A stretch of 64,000 nt of DNA. Origin: Hormiphora californensis. Taxonomy: Eukaryota; Animalia; Ctenophora. Below are positions 33,420 through 47,454 of this stretch, one piece after another; position 1 is the stretch's first letter, and every line of letters begins with the position of its first letter. The notes beneath the pieces were generated by a model that was given only the letters and a program-made list of their open reading frames with translations, ran no database searches and had not been told where the DNA came from. Both the position numbers and the translations under genes were made by a program. Location: contig CM035352.1 of assembly GCA_020137815.1 (NCBI GenBank), positions 7,440,001-7,504,000 on the forward strand, in the 5' to 3' direction.

Positions 33420-35445
33420 ATGACACTGTTTGAGCCCAAAATATGCGTATGGTAAGTCAATTACTTTAACTGAAGTCACAATTTAACATCTCTTTCTCTG
33501 TGTCAATGGCTCTGAGCTTTCTTTCTCTTCCTATCTACCTTTCCCTCTCTCTCAATCAGGAATGATTTGACGTCTGAACACCTGGATTTGATATACAGCG
33601 CTTCAAACAATGAAAATACACTTGGGTAAGGGGCACCTTGCTCGCGAAAAGAGGGTCGAGCTAGGCAAGTCGTACCCGTGTAAGGTATTAGGTAGACGGT
33701 GTAAGGGGGCACCACCATAGCAGGCCCTTTCAAGGGTCTAAATACTTGTGATATGTTAATTCTGGTAATAAAATGGAAGAATGGAAGAGTTTTCTTCTTT
33801 TTTTCTACCATACTATTCTGTGTGATCGGTTCACTTATTTTCAAACTCCCCATTTTCAGCCTTCTGGCGGACATCTGTAAGATAGACCAGAGTGAGATTA
33901 AACAGGAAATTCTTCTTGAGTTTTACTTTCACACTATCCAGTGAGTTTCAAATTGGAAAGCTTTTTCATTTATGATTTCAAACTATTGTTGATTTAACGG
34001 CAAATTTAAAACCCCTGCTATTCGCCCAGGTTTGCCAAATCAAGGGAATTGAACTATGCCCAGACCTCTGCTCTCTTTACTATTATGAAGAACGTGCACA
34101 ACTTGTGTGCTTGTGAGTACATTTTCATGTGCTTGAACTGCATACTTTATTGGAATCTATTATAACAGGACTGCGCTATATAATGAGTTACAGTAAATGT
34201 TACGTTGGTGGAACCCGTGGACGGTGACATATACCGGTTCTAAATCTGTAAATGTTTTCCCGGTAAAAGTTTAATGAATTCTGAAAACTCCTCCCCCCCC
34301 CCTCAGCAACACCATACAACAACAATGAGGCGGTATACTCATATTTCAAGCAAATGTTGGTAAAACACTCTCTCCAGAGACCCCCGTACAGTATTGGAGT
34401 CTTTACTGTTAACCAGGTTCAGGTTAGTGATAACATCTTTAGAACTGCTAATTAAAGTGTACTTTTTAACACAATCCTGCCAAAAAATATGAATATGACT
34501 GAAAGTGATTATCTTTATTTCTCTCGTCAGGCTATCACTGAGTACGCTCTAAACACATACTTCCGACATTTCAACATGTACAAGTATACTTTTACACCAA
34601 AGGTAATCGAAACAGAGTTCCGTGTTTATTGGTAATGTTGCTAAGTGATAGTATGACATGAAATTACCCCTTATCGCGAGTTCTATTAAATACAGCGTAA
34701 TAGAGTATGGGTGACTTCGTAACCAACTCAATCTATCACACAGGTTCGTGTTGATATCAGTCTGCATTATGAAGGAGCCCCACCTACACCTGAACCTGTG
34801 GAACCTACCCCTGTTGAGGTTGAGGCTGCTGATGAGGTACTGTTACATTCCCTTCTCTCTACTCTCAATACAAGTAGTATTCTCCAACAGTAGTATTCTC
34901 CCAATCATTCCCCCTTCTCTCTAGCAGTATTCTCCCATTCCATGCCTTGTCTCTAGCAGTATTCTCCCATTCCCACTCGTCTAACAACTTCGGATGACTG
35001 GTTCTCCACCATGCTGCCTGATAACCCCATCTCCTTTGCAGGCAGTTCTAGAGGCATCTCCAGAAGAGGAGATTGCAGAACAAGAGCCCACAGAAACTGA
35101 AGAAATGCGACAACTCCGAGAAATAATCCAGACTGTGATGGGATCTGAACTGAAAACGGTAGGCGCGCTGCATAGCTTATGATGAAAGTACAGTGTTTCA
35201 GCAATCAGTGTCATATTGACTGGCAATGCGCCGCGCGCGGCCCACACATATCCCTGGAAATCGACCAAAACAAGTGTTGTGGAATTGGCATGTTTATCAC
35301 ATCTCGCTTGTTTCAGTTACAAGGCAAATTGGAGAAAATGATATCGGAACAAGATTCCAAGCTTGCAAAACAAGTGGAAGCGTTAGAGGAGTCAGCGGGT
35401 CTCAAGGCTGGTTCCAAATCACCCGGCAACAAGAAAAAGAAATAA
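33420..35445 (+). CDS. CFAP119: Cilia- and flagella-associated protein 119 (CCDC189)-like, multi-exon
   Basis: MTLFEPKICVW|NDL, ILLEFYFHTIQ|FAK..AQTSALF, KHSLQRPPYSIGVF, NTYFRHFNMYKYTFTPK|VRVDISLHY, C-terminal coiled coil ending KKKK. Confidence 0.85.
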
Positions 35446-35982
35446 AAGACTGAGATTTCTGTCAAGAAAACGTGTTTGTAACAATATATAGGGAGTTATT
35501 TGTGTGTACAGTTTCATAAAACATTTAAAGGAAACGATTATTTACATTGGTTTAGTATAAGGTCGTCCCTAAACCCAGGTGCCCTGATTTGACAGATTTC
35601 AGTTATACATGGGGGCCAGGATTCAGGGGCGACCTTCCATATACAATCACAGTCACAGGGTTTAAATACTGAATTATACCCCTCTTTCTGCCTCACACAC
35701 TTCTCATTTTCTCAACATATCATGTGCAAAATGGAAGAGTCCTCTCTCTCTCTCGTGATTACATCTTATCACAGTATCACTGAATTTAGCAAACTTCACT
35801 TCAAACCACATATCTGTTATATGTAGTGTGTATTACAGAACCAGAAGAATAATAACAAACGTACATATTAAATAAAATAACCCGGTACCAATACATATCT
35901 TGTGAGGCCGATACATGACCAAATAAACAACTGACTCCATATCAAAAATAATATACACTGAATAGTTCGTTCTAGCACTATT

Positions 35983-36040
<58 letters not shown>

Positions 36041-36178
36041 ATCATTTTTGTTTTTCTAAACTCTAAACTCTCCTCCTATACTACTATCCTAGCTCCTCTC
36101 AGTTCTTACTCATACTGCTCACTACATCTCAGGTTCAGGTAAAAGCGGCTCTCTCTCTTCTAATGATTTAAAAAGTGT

Positions 36179-39100
36179 TCATTTTGGTAGTATCACATCG
36201 TGTTGATGGGATACTGAGGGAACTCCTAAGACATCCCCGAACTTCCGAACTGAGATGAGTTTCCGCCTGAAAAGAAAGTGAAACTGTTTAGTATCATATC
36301 ACAGCAGGCATGAAGCATGACTAAAACATGTCTACTACAGCTACTGATCGAATATGGGATTTGGGGCATTATGAAAATGAATTGTGGTTGCAAATGCAAC
36401 CGGTTGATCTTCTAATTTCTATCGAGATCTCGCGAGACTCACCTAGATTCGATATCAAGATGTATAAGAGGATACTCTGACGCCTCTGAGGTGTCACTGA
36501 TTGTATCTAGACACATGTCATACAGGGGCCGGACTCCATAATAAAATCGGACCATATTGGCCCAATAGGCGTGGTCAGGTTCCCATATATTGTCAGGACT
36601 GCCTCCAAACACTAGTATCTCACTGCAGTTAGAGGTAGTGTGTACAGCAGTAGTGTGCCATGTCCTGCCACAATGAGCCGCTGGACACAGGTTCACCTAG
36701 AGGAGGATACAGGTGTTTAAAATTAGACCAATACATTCCAATACGCGATAAATTTAGCATCTATCTCTCATCTCATCACATGACACGCCATGTTTTTGTT
36801 GTGACTGCTGCAGTAAGCGCTGACACCATTCCACTTTCATCAGATGCGCGGCTGCGCGCGTCCCCCTCACTCACCCGTTCCCAAGTGGGTACCGATGTTG
36901 CCGTTTTTAGCTTCCATTGAAGGTTGACCGAGTTACCAGCCTTATCCATACCTCCCAATAACAACACGCTGTTGTCGTGAAGTCTTGTACAGGTATGAAG
37001 GGAACGGGGCTGGGGACCATTTTCCGTTGTAAAGGGTCCTGTCCATGTCGTTGTATCGAAGTTGAAAATGTAAAGTTCACTGACCCGTCCTGTACGCGTT
37101 CTGCCCCCAAACAAGACCGCTCTAGGAAGGAGGATGTTAGTGTTTGTGTTTGTGGGTTTTGATCTTATTAAGTTGTTAAAACACGGAAAGCCTTTCCGGG
37201 AAAGGGATGGGCCAGGGATTGGAGAGAGGGAGAGCAAAGAAAGAGAGAGAGGGACAGAGAAAGAAAGGGAGAGAGAGTCAGACTGTATTACTAATAGAAA
37301 TAATTGTGGGAGAGATTCAAGAGAAAAGGATACAAAAGAAATCGTTCTATCGTGTATGTCGAGCTGTAAATTGAAAAATGAAAAATCTACTCACTGACAG
37401 TAATTCGCGTTGTCTGTCAGAATTCAGAAAAATGGGGGGGGGGGGGCATTTGGCCACATTCTCTTTATGCTGCCACATTGAACAACCCATGTGGTAGAGA
37501 GAGAAGGAGAGAGGAATATGTCAACCAATTTATATGGCTACATTCTCTTTGTGCTACCAGTTACCACATATTGAACAACATCTATGCTTGTGGTAGAAAG
37601 AGAAGGAGAGAGGAATGTGTCAACCAATTTACATAATTTACAGGCTCACAAACAGACACAATATAATTACAGTCCACCTACACACACACATCACATTGTT
37701 CTATCGGGCAGCAACTACTGGTGCCATTGTTACAGTCGGTGTGTCAGTATTCAGCTTGTGTGTGTGTGTGTATGTGTGTGTGTGTGTTTGTGTGTGACTG
37801 TGTGTCATGTGACTGTGTGAAAGTCTGCAGCAGCAGTTGGTGGGGGGAGGAAGCCAATAAAGCGTGCTGCTGCTGCTGTTGTGTCAAACTGAGAAATAGG
37901 ATATACCCTGATCAAATAACCCCACATTCCAGGGTCTTGGGCAAACTACCAAAATCTCTGTTTTTATCGGTCAATACTATTATCACTCTTGGTCGCTTGT
38001 CTAAAACTCAATTAAATTTGGTTCCTGTACTAGCCACACCTTGTCAAATATTATTGAGAAATTCCAAACAATAGAACATGTGACGCAGTTTGATATTTAT
38101 CCCAGCCTTTGTGATGCATATTGACCATTGTATTAATATACCCAACCTCTATGATGCATTATATACCCTCCCTTTATGATGAATTGACCATTCTAGATAC
38201 CATCCCTCTACGACTCTTGGTCGCTTGTCTAAAACTCAATTAAATTTGGTTCCTGTACTAGCCACACCTTGTCAAATATTATTGAGAAATTCCAAACAAT
38301 AGAACATGTGACGCAGTTTGATATTTATCCCAGCCTTTGTGATGCATATTGACCATTGTATTAATATACCCAACCTCTATGATGCATTATATACCCTCCC
38401 TTTATGATGAATTGACCATTCTAGATACCATCCCTCTATGACGTAATCTCGCACTTGTTACATGTGGTGGTGCAATGGTGCAATGAGATCATACACCTGG
38501 CAAGGATCCCATTCTGGTATAATAACTTTCAGACCAGTGAAAGTCGTACTGAAGAGCAGAGACGCTCAGATGTCGATCCTGTCGAAAAAATCCCGACTAA
38601 AAGGACCGGCAAGTTCGATAAAGTCTACATTACGCCTGACAGGACTTTGGAGGAACGAAATGAGAGAAAACAGCTTGTTGATCGACTGAAAGAAATGGTG
38701 CAAAGGTCTCCTGGAAAACATTATTTCATTCGTGGGAAGGAGGTGGTGGAAGCACCAGGGACCACTGAGAATTGAAATTAAATTTGTTGAGTTTAGAAGT
38801 GGCGAGCGAAGAAAGGACAGTTGAGTTGAAAGGTGGTCATTTTATTTGTTTGATAGCCTCAATTATTTTTCAAGTTTCAAGTTTCAAGTTTCAAGTTTCA
38901 AGTTTCAAGTTTCAATTATCGGTTTTAAAGATCAAACTTGTTGTATTATGGAAGAGTGAGATTGTGCTAAACGATAGAATCACATTATGTAGCTAGCTAT
39001 ACATACAGCATATTGCGGGTGGTGTTATTGGATTGGTATTTTTAGATCGACTGCTATGCTGGGAAAGGGTGGTGCGTGAGAGAGTGTATAAGTAGTGAGC

Positions 39101-41218
39101 ACCAGAGCACACTATATATTGGCTAATGAGGCGCGTATAAGTATAGTAGACTCTCTATTCTCTCTCTCTCTCTCTAACCGGGCCCTCTCTCGCTCTCTCT
39201 ATTCTCTACTAGCTGGACTATCTCTATTTCTCTAACAATATCATCCACACGACAATTATAATACAGATGTACTGTGCACGACATTGTGCACACGGTGCAC
39301 CAGAAGGATCGTCAACCCAAAGTTGAGCCCACAAAACAAACTTTTGTTGGGGGTGACCCAGGAGGCCTTCCTGAACATCCCCACGGTGAGAAAAGTATAT
39401 GTTATCGGGGGAAATTTTTGTCAAAATCGAAAAAACTGGTTTTTGGTCCAAATTTGTGCATAACTTACTTGACTGCCGTTTGATGAAATATCTGATTGAC
39501 ATAAAATAAGTATACAAGACCTATTTTTGCAAGAGGAATCGATTGCCGGTGGAGAGAAATCTCTAAAATGACCGGAAAATTGTCAAATATGGGAATTTTG
39601 TCATTTTTTTGAGGTTTTTGGCCCTTTAACCATTGAAAACGTTGAGATAGGAAGTTGGCAATAGCGCCAATCGTTAAAATGGTCATTTTTCTACGGGATC
39701 CCAAAATTTCATGTATATCCGATTCATGGTTAGATTTTGGCAAACTATTGAGATGTGCTTACTGAAAAAAGGATAACTTGATTTTCTCGTTTTTTGCGAT
39801 TTTTTAACTTTTGAAAGAATTCTGATTGAAATGGCCAATCAGGGCCATACTAAAGTTGTTTATGGGACAATTTTCGACCAAAATCCAAGATTTCATGCAA
39901 ATCCAATGACAGATCATTGATTTATAGAAAGTTGAAATAGGCAAAAAAGGCCAATTTTTAACATGAAAACAAAAATACACATTTTTTCTTGTCAATTTCC
40001 ATCAACAACTGGTGCCCTACCTATTTTTGCACGTAGAATCGATTGTCGGTGGAGTGGATCCTCTTAAATGATTGGAAAAGCGGTCAAAATGCCATTTTTT
40101 GGAGGTCCAAAAACTTCCAAAAAATGACATTTCGACCGCTTTCCAATCATTTAAGAGGATCCACTCCACCGGCAATCGATTCTACTTGCAAAAATAGGTA
40201 GGGTACCAGTTGTTGATGGAAATTGACAAGAAAAAATGTGTATTTTTGTTTTCATGTTAAAAATTGGCCTTTTTTGCCTATTTCAACTTTCTATAAATCA
40301 ATGATCTGTCATTGGATTTGCATGAAATCTTGGATTTTGGTCGAAAATTGTCCCATAAACAACTTTAGTATGGCCCTGATTGGCCATTTCAATCAGAATT
40401 CTTTCAAAAGTTAAAAAATCGCAAAAAACGAGAAAATCAAGTTATCCTTTTTTCAGTAAGCACATCTCAATAGTTTGCCAAAATCTAACCATGAATCGGA
40501 TATACATGAAATTTTGGGATCCCGTAGAAAAATGACCATTTTAACGATTGGCGCTATTGCCAACTTCCTATCTCAACGTTTTCAATGGTTAAAGGGCCAA
40601 AAACCTCAAAAAAATGACAAAATTCCCATATTTGACAATTTTCCGGTCATTTTAGAGATTTCTCTCCACCGGCAATCGATTCCTCGTGCAAAAATAGGTC
40701 TTGTATACTTATTTTATGTCAATCAGATATTTCATCAAACGGCAGTCAAGTAAGTTATGCACAAATTTGGACCAAAAACCAGTTTTTTCGATTTTGACAA
40801 AAATTTCCCCCGATAACATATACTTTTCTCACCGTGGGGATGTTCAGGAAGGCCTCCTGGGTCACCCCCAACAAAAGTTTGTTTTGTGGGCTCAACTTTG
40901 GGTTGACGATCCTTCTGGTGCACCGTGTGCACAGACACTCTCACATGCAGACACCTGCCACATAACAACAGACAGGAGACAGGGTCCAAGAGGATCAGCC
41001 CGTATTATAGCTGTCGCCAGCGCTTATTTATTTTGTACATTGAAGTCTCTCTGACTAACCATGAGTCATGATAATGTCAAATTTAGGTTTGTACAAGTCA
41101 GTACAGCTCTTTTTAGGCGTAGCTATATTTCCAGCAGGCTATTTTTTAGTACTATTATAATCCACTTCCGCGTCTCTTTTTGTATGCATTTGGACAGAAA
41201 CACGTCATACGGAATTAC

Positions 41219-41262
<44 letters not shown>

Positions 41263-41680
41263 CTATAGCTCTCTCTCTTTCTCTCTATCTTTCTCTCTAA
41301 AGCTAACACGGACACGATGTGGTATCACGTGTTTTGACCAGTTGTGACTTCACACGTCAAACCCCACACACAGGAATGTACAAACATATCACAACAAACA
41401 GTTACAAGAATAACACGCTGTTAGTGCCAAGAATTGAGGGGGGCTATTCTACACTGTTCTAGAAATACATAAATACATGTCCTTAAATAGACCTTAAAAA
41501 CTGCTGTTGTTTTTAATTTGCATAAATACATGTCCATTATTAGAAAATATGTGAGTAGAACGCTTTCAGTCATTTGAGTAGCAGACTCAACCTCAAGAAG
41601 TCATAGTGATCGTGTAATCTTCTTCTTTGATGAGGATGAGAGATCTATCTTTATAGAGAGAGAGAGAGAGCAAGAGAGAG

Positions 41681-41730
<50 letters not shown>

Positions 41731-43138
41731 AGAGAGAGAGAGAGAGAGAGAGGAGAGATAGAGGAAGAGAGATATAGAGAATCTCTCTACTCTCTTCTCT
41801 TTCTTCTCTCTCTCTCTCATATCTCTCTCTCCTCTCTCATCTCGCTCTCTCTCCCCGCTTCCGCTCTCTCTCTGATTAGAGAGAGACAGAAAGCACACTC
41901 ACTGATTATCTGAGTACACTGTAAGTGTGTGGGCGGCTCGGGGCGAGGGAATAGCTCCACTACAGGGAGGTGCACTCCACGTTTCAGTACCCAGGTCAAA
42001 CCTCCACATTTCATTATTCCATCCAACGAAGGCGTGCGTTTGGTCAGGTACAAACTGGATGGGGAGAGAGAGTGGCCTGGTGTGTCTGTGTGGTCTGGTA
42101 CAAACTGTTGTGTGTGTGTAGATGGGGAGAGAGAATGGTGTGTGGATGGGGAGTTACGCAATGTTGGATAAACCCGGAAAACGTTTAGTTCGCAACACTG
42201 CACAGACACAATATATAGAAACCATCTGCCGTTACAGCACTTACCGTGCTATTAGGGGTAGCCCTTAGTATCCTAGAGCCCCATCCAGCGAATATCCATA
42301 GTGCGTTGCCATGGTAAACCATGGTGGCCTTATCCCGAACTGTCGGTCTGCTTGGGATATCGAAGTCTGTATCCTGAGCTGAGTCAGTAGGTCCGAGGAG
42401 ACGCCACACCATTGTCTCTGTATTCAGCTCGTACAAATCGTTGGAGAATTCCCGCCTGATAAAGGGGATGCTAGAATCCTGGGGGTAATGACCGACAGTG
42501 TGCATGTGTGGGACAAGTACTCTATAATTGTACTCCATGGAATTTAGAAGTAGTGGTTCACAAAAACAGCTTGCTTGACGGGTTGAACAAGCAAGTGACA
42601 TGTTTTATCATTCTTCTGAAAACTAAAACTGTTCGGTGGTCAGGACACCATGCACTGACCATCAACCACTACATAATTCCAGGGATTCTAGTTCTTCGAA
42701 GTCAATATAATGGCTAGTTACATAGTGTGGCTCTTATCTGTCTGTTTATTGTTACTTACATAGTAGGATGTCTGCTAACTTCGTTCAGAACTAGACCTCC
42801 AAAAACGTAGATCTTCCGATCGCAAACAGCTGAACACATACCACTCCCACGGCGGGGAATTTTTCCAGTAGCCACCACTTTGGACCATGTTCCCTGAAAG
42901 TAAATGTTAGATTAAACCTTTATTAGTAGTACCAGGTGGTACTACCACCTTAGAAATGTTAAAACTTTCTTAGTTAGCCTCTAGGACTTACCGTTGATAA
43001 AGAGTAAATAAAAATATGGGACATGTCCACTGTAGTGTCTTTCTTGTCGTTCTGGTCTTTGTGATAACCACCTATCATGATCATTGTTTCCCCAATGACC
43101 GCACTAAGATGCGACATTCGGCCTCGCATGGTGGCCAT
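36179..43138 (-). CDS. Kelch domain-containing protein, KLHDC1/KLHDC2-like (multi-exon)
   Basis: GRMSHLSAV..MIGGY, RDKATMVY..WIFAGWG, GWNNEMWRFD..PSPRAAH, PRSLHTCT..LLGG, WHTTAV..LVFGG, VRPLYDMCLD. Start may be 43203 if there is a 1-bp error. Large intron at ~37125-41901. Confidence 0.82.
37985..38441 (+). repeat. Two-copy tandem duplication, ~228-bp unit
   Basis: ACTCTTGGTCGCTTGTCTAAAACTC... repeated at ~37985 and ~38213. Confidence 0.9.
38520..38915 (+). mobile_element. LINE ORF1-like fragment followed by (TTTCAAG)n
   Basis: KVYITPDRTLEERNERKQLVDRLKE resembles the C-terminus of CR1/L2 ORF1 proteins. Confidence 0.6.
39291..40927. mobile_element. 1.6-kb foldback (whole-element inverted repeat) non-autonomous DNA transposon, CAC...GTG termini
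   Basis: Two ~810-bp arms mirror around ~40109 (mirrored ORFs in the track). Ends CACGGTG/CACCGTG flanked by TGCA, consistent with a CMC (Chapaev/Transib)-type element. Confidence 0.8.
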
Positions 43139-43488
43139 AACCTCACCGTCCACTCCCCTCGAGTCTCGACCTCTGTTCAAATCGCTGTTATTTTACCGTT
43201 CATAGCTTCTAAATTTTCTAAAAGAGAATAAAGTAATGTGTACTGGGGCTGAGTGTGTTACGATTCAAGAGGTATTTCGATTTTTGACTCGGTCTAAAAT
43301 TGAGTCTAATAGGCCACGGAAAATGGGGCCGCTTACAGTGGTCATGCTTCTTAAAGGGCAGCCCCAACTTGTCCAGCGCATGCAAACAGCCAAAAAGGAC
43401 CTTGAGATAGTTGGCAAACGTTGCTGGCCCCCGTAGCGCAGGATAAGGCAGCGCTTTTCAATTGAGATAGCCAAAAAGTTCAAAAATA

Positions 43489-43780
43489 GGGATCCCTAAA
43501 AAAGTTCAGTATTTACACAGCGTTTACACAGTCTTTACACAGTCGTTACACCCAGAGCGGCGCGTGCTGCGTTTTGCAGCTTTTTCTAAGAAAATATTGG
43601 ATTGTGTGCTGCACAATTGAGTAAATTGAGCGCTGCGGCGAAAAAAGTTTCCGAAAACGCTGCAAATCGAGTGCGAATGACGCAGTCTTTACACCCAGAG
43701 CGGCGCGGGCGCTCTGGGTGTAACGACTGTGTAAAGACTGTGTAAACGCTGTGTAAATACTGAACTTTTTTAGGGATCCC
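43489..43780. mobile_element. MITE with ~70-bp TIRs
   Basis: GGGATCCCTAAAAAAGTTCAGTATTTACACAGCG... and exact inverse, flanked by TA. Confidence 0.85.
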
Positions 43781-45534
43781 TATGAAACAGGAAAAAAACT
43801 TTAAGAACTTTTAAAAAGTGAAAACTTATTAACAGAGCTCTGCGCGGCGCCATAATTTTCGTTCTTAACGCTGCAAGAGCGAGCCGCGCGCTTATGGCAA
43901 GTCGCGATTCGTCGCGGGTACGGTCCAAAAAAACTGAAATTCCTGAGCTGTTTTCCAAGTTTCGTTTCGCCACTTTGCTAAATTTTGACAGCGCTTGGCT
44001 TCCACTGCAGCCTAGTAACTTTCATCATATAGTCCCCGCAATGCTAACAATCGATTTGAGTGGTCGAGACGGGTTTAAATTGTCCGTTAGGGTATTTTTA
44101 GTGCCTTCTTTGGAGTTTGGTGTTATCGCGTCGGTTAGATTTTGGTAGCACACACCTTAAAACAGTCTTAGAGGGACACATATCATGCATCAAGATCTCC
44201 CGTGATACGGAAGTTAGCTGTTACCGGTAAATTCACGCGTTTTAGGTCATTAATCTGCCATTTCTTGGCCAAATCGCATTATCTTGGGCTTGTTGAAATT
44301 CTAGAAAAAGCGATAAGGTGTCTCCAAACTAACTCCTTCCTCTTGTACAATACGGTTCAAGAGGAAAGAATAGTGATGTTTAGTTTAACAAAAACCAGAT
44401 CAGATCATAAAATTGTGACTAACCGACAGAAGAGTAAATATTATTTTTACTAGAGTACCCGTTTGCTGGGAACCCGTGACCTGGTAAATGGTAATTTATC
44501 CTCATATAACCGGTGACATTTGTGTTTGATTTTTAAAAGACTAGCGCACCCATCGGGTGCGCCTCAAGTAAGGCCTTTTTGATAACCCACCCGGCGAAGC
44601 CGGGTGGTTCTTTTCGCCCCATTCAACGTCAATAAAACGGTTGCCATGGCAACTGGACTTGGAGTGGTAACTATGGGGACTGGAATGTTAAAAGTCATTC
44701 GAATATATTAACAAACTTCCACTGGAAGTTCCAAAACTGTGAATAACAGCTTTACAGCTTTGGGCACATAAAGTGTTTTATGAAGGAGCAGTCTGTCGCT
44801 TAGATACCGCTGAACGAACGACTTCGACTTCGACGTTCATCTCCATTGGGTGCGCCCCAAATAACGGCTTTTTGATAAACCACCCGGCTGCGCCGGGTGG
44901 CCCTCTTTTTCCCACATATATGTCACCAATTCAATGGTTGCCATGGTAACTAAATCGGTAACTATGGAGACTGAATTGCTAAATTATGTTCCGAAATGAT
45001 CACAAACTGCCAGTAAAGTAAAAACAACTGCTCACAAAAGAGGGCCGGGTGTTAAACATAACGCTTTGGGTTTGCCATCTGATTTAGAATGGGTGTGGTA
45101 ATTTAAACATGTGACACTGTGCAGTGTACAGAGCTGATGAGATATGTGACACTGACAGGGCTGGGGTTCTGATGAGATGAAATGTGATCGGATAGCAGGA
45201 GCAGTGAGCACACATCAAGAGGACCCAAAAAAACTAAATCAGTGCCCATAGCAACATGAACAAAATGATGTGACGAATTGGTCATGTCATGAACGCGCGC
45301 GGCGGAAGTAGAAGTTAAAGCAATCGTTGTGAGCAGCATCTGTGTGTGCGCGGCGCTACTTCCATCTTAGCTTCCGTAGTTACGTAATTTCACCACTGCT
45401 TCACAGCTTTGGTCATATGACGTGTTTTATGAAGGAGCACTGTCGCGTAGAAACGCACTGAACGAACGGCTTCGACGACGTTCATCTCCAAATTATAATA
45501 GAGATAATTTGTTTGTTCCTTAGAGCAATGAGTA

Positions 45535-45919
45535 GGAGCGGTTAGATCAGCACGTGCAGAAAGTCGCGCGCCACCCTAATCTCAGGTTACTCTCACGGCT
45601 TCATTTCGCATCCAATCCAAAAGTGACCTTTATCAAACCTGTAGATCTCCTCAAGGAGAAGCAAAAACTTGAGGGACATTTCTTGATTGGATGCGACCTC
45701 GAGGAGCTATGACAATGCGCAAAAAGGGGTGGCACGCGACTAAAGTCCATTTTTATTCAACTGTTCACCCCTCAACTCATGCGCGTGCGATATTTTAATT
45801 TACGCTGCGCGCTACACGTTAACATGTGATAAACGCGCAAAACAATTCCGCGCACGACTTTGGGGGGTGAACAGTTGAAAAAAATGGACTTTATAACCAC
45901 GTGGTGATCTAACCGCTCC
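45535..45919. mobile_element. TA-flanked MITE
   Basis: TIR GGAGCGGTTAGATCA..CACGTG and inverse. Confidence 0.75.
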
Positions 45920-45928
45920 TACTATCAT

Positions 45929-46299
45929 GGTAAGCGGTAAAGGTTGACCCGTCTCCTGAGAATTTAAAACTGTTTTGGCCATAACTCAGCCATTTCTTGA
46001 CCAATTTGCAAAATCTTGGGCTCATTGGAAAGAAGACATTAAGATCTTTAAAATGAGCTCAATAAAATGAAAATTGGCGCAAATTGCGCGGCGTAGTGGC
46101 GAAAACGCGCATTTTGCGCCATTGCGCCGCGCAAAGCCGCACAATTTGCGCCAATTTTCATTTTATTGAGCTCATTTTAAAGATCTTTTTTTCTTCTTTC
46201 CAATGAGCCCAAGATTTTGCAAATTGGTCAAGAAATGGCTGAGTTATGGCCAAATAAAAATATAATTCTCAGGAGACGGGTCGACCTTTACCGCTTACC
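45929..46299. mobile_element. Mutator-like palindromic MITE
   Basis: Near-complete hairpin with GGTAAGCGGTAAAGGT termini and exact 9-bp TSD TACTATCAT. Confidence 0.88.
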
Positions 46300-47454
46300 T
46301 ACTATCATACACATTGGGTTTTTGAAAAAACGGCCATTAGAATTTTGGCGAGGCGGGTAAATCATTTACTGTAACGCGCGAATTTCCCCAAAAAAGCGCT
46401 GCTTTTTTACGCCGCGCGGAACCTAAAATTACGCGCGCAGTGTAAAATTTTAAAATTCATTGAAAATTTCCTCTCATTCGCGTTTTATGTCGCCAAAAAA
46501 AGTCTACGAAAAATTCCAAATTCGTGAATTATAAGAACTCCGGTCAGTTCTCATCTTGCCAATCCGTTTTCCGGGAACCCCTGGCCAAAGGACATTAAAA
46601 TTCACATAACGACCAAGTTTCATATCGATTGGATAAGATTTTGGGTGGCTACGGTGAAAAATATCGTATTTTTGGCATTTTTAACTTTCCCGACGCGATT
46701 TACGACCCTTAAACATTGAGTTACGGGAAATCGCTATCAAGTAAAATGAAGTTCAAACGATTCTCTTTCCCCACTATTGCGTTAGTTTTTTGATTTAGAG
46801 CCGTTTTCAGGGTCTTAGAAGCGTTTGAAAAATGTAAGTCTTTTTGTCGCAATGACGTCACCCCGTGACGTCACTGCTGTTAAGATCGGATCAAAAATCT
46901 GAGCCCGTACTTACATCCGCCTTGGTCCAAGGTACCAGTGTACAAATTTTCAGGGGTCTAGCTCAAAAACTGTGGGAGGAGTTTGAAAAACCAATTAACG
47001 GACAGACTGACTAACATTATGGAATTTATTATATGGATAATGTTAAATGCTTTCTGTATGTTTATAAGTCGCATGGGACGTGCGTGGTGTACCAGGAGTG
47101 GTGGATTGTGAAGCCACTCTTGTTGTGTCCCTCTCCTATATTCTCCGTGTGCCAACACAACACTATAATGGTACACCCGCACAGTAGTGTTCCTTTCTTA
47201 TCCAGTTGTTTTCTGTATAAATTATTGTTTTGACATGTTGTATTTGAACCGGCTTTTGCAAAAAAAAACTAATTTAGTACATTTCAATTGTCAAAGTCAA
47301 AAGTGTAAAGTGTGAACAGAGGTATATGTGCAATGGTTGGAATCAGAAGAAGTCTTTTTACTGATCACAGATTCCGCCAAACGAAACAAACATTTTCAAA
47401 TTCCATGCTAACGTTTCTTCCCCATTTTAGAATGTACACATTTTAACACAGATA

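Larger units (their letters stand above)
44449..47037. mobile_element. Probable Helentron/Helitron-like composite carrying nested MITEs
   Basis: Starts ACTAGAG after a T-run, has GC hairpins (CACCCGGCGAAGCCGGGTG) and internal direct repeats (44545-44850 vs 44845-45490), and ends ...GACAGACTGAC...TTATATGGAT. Boundaries uncertain. Confidence 0.4.

Noticed and set aside
39224-41054. Mirrored ORF pairs (92 aa, 63 aa, etc.)
   Set aside because: By-products of the palindrome; no transposase motifs.
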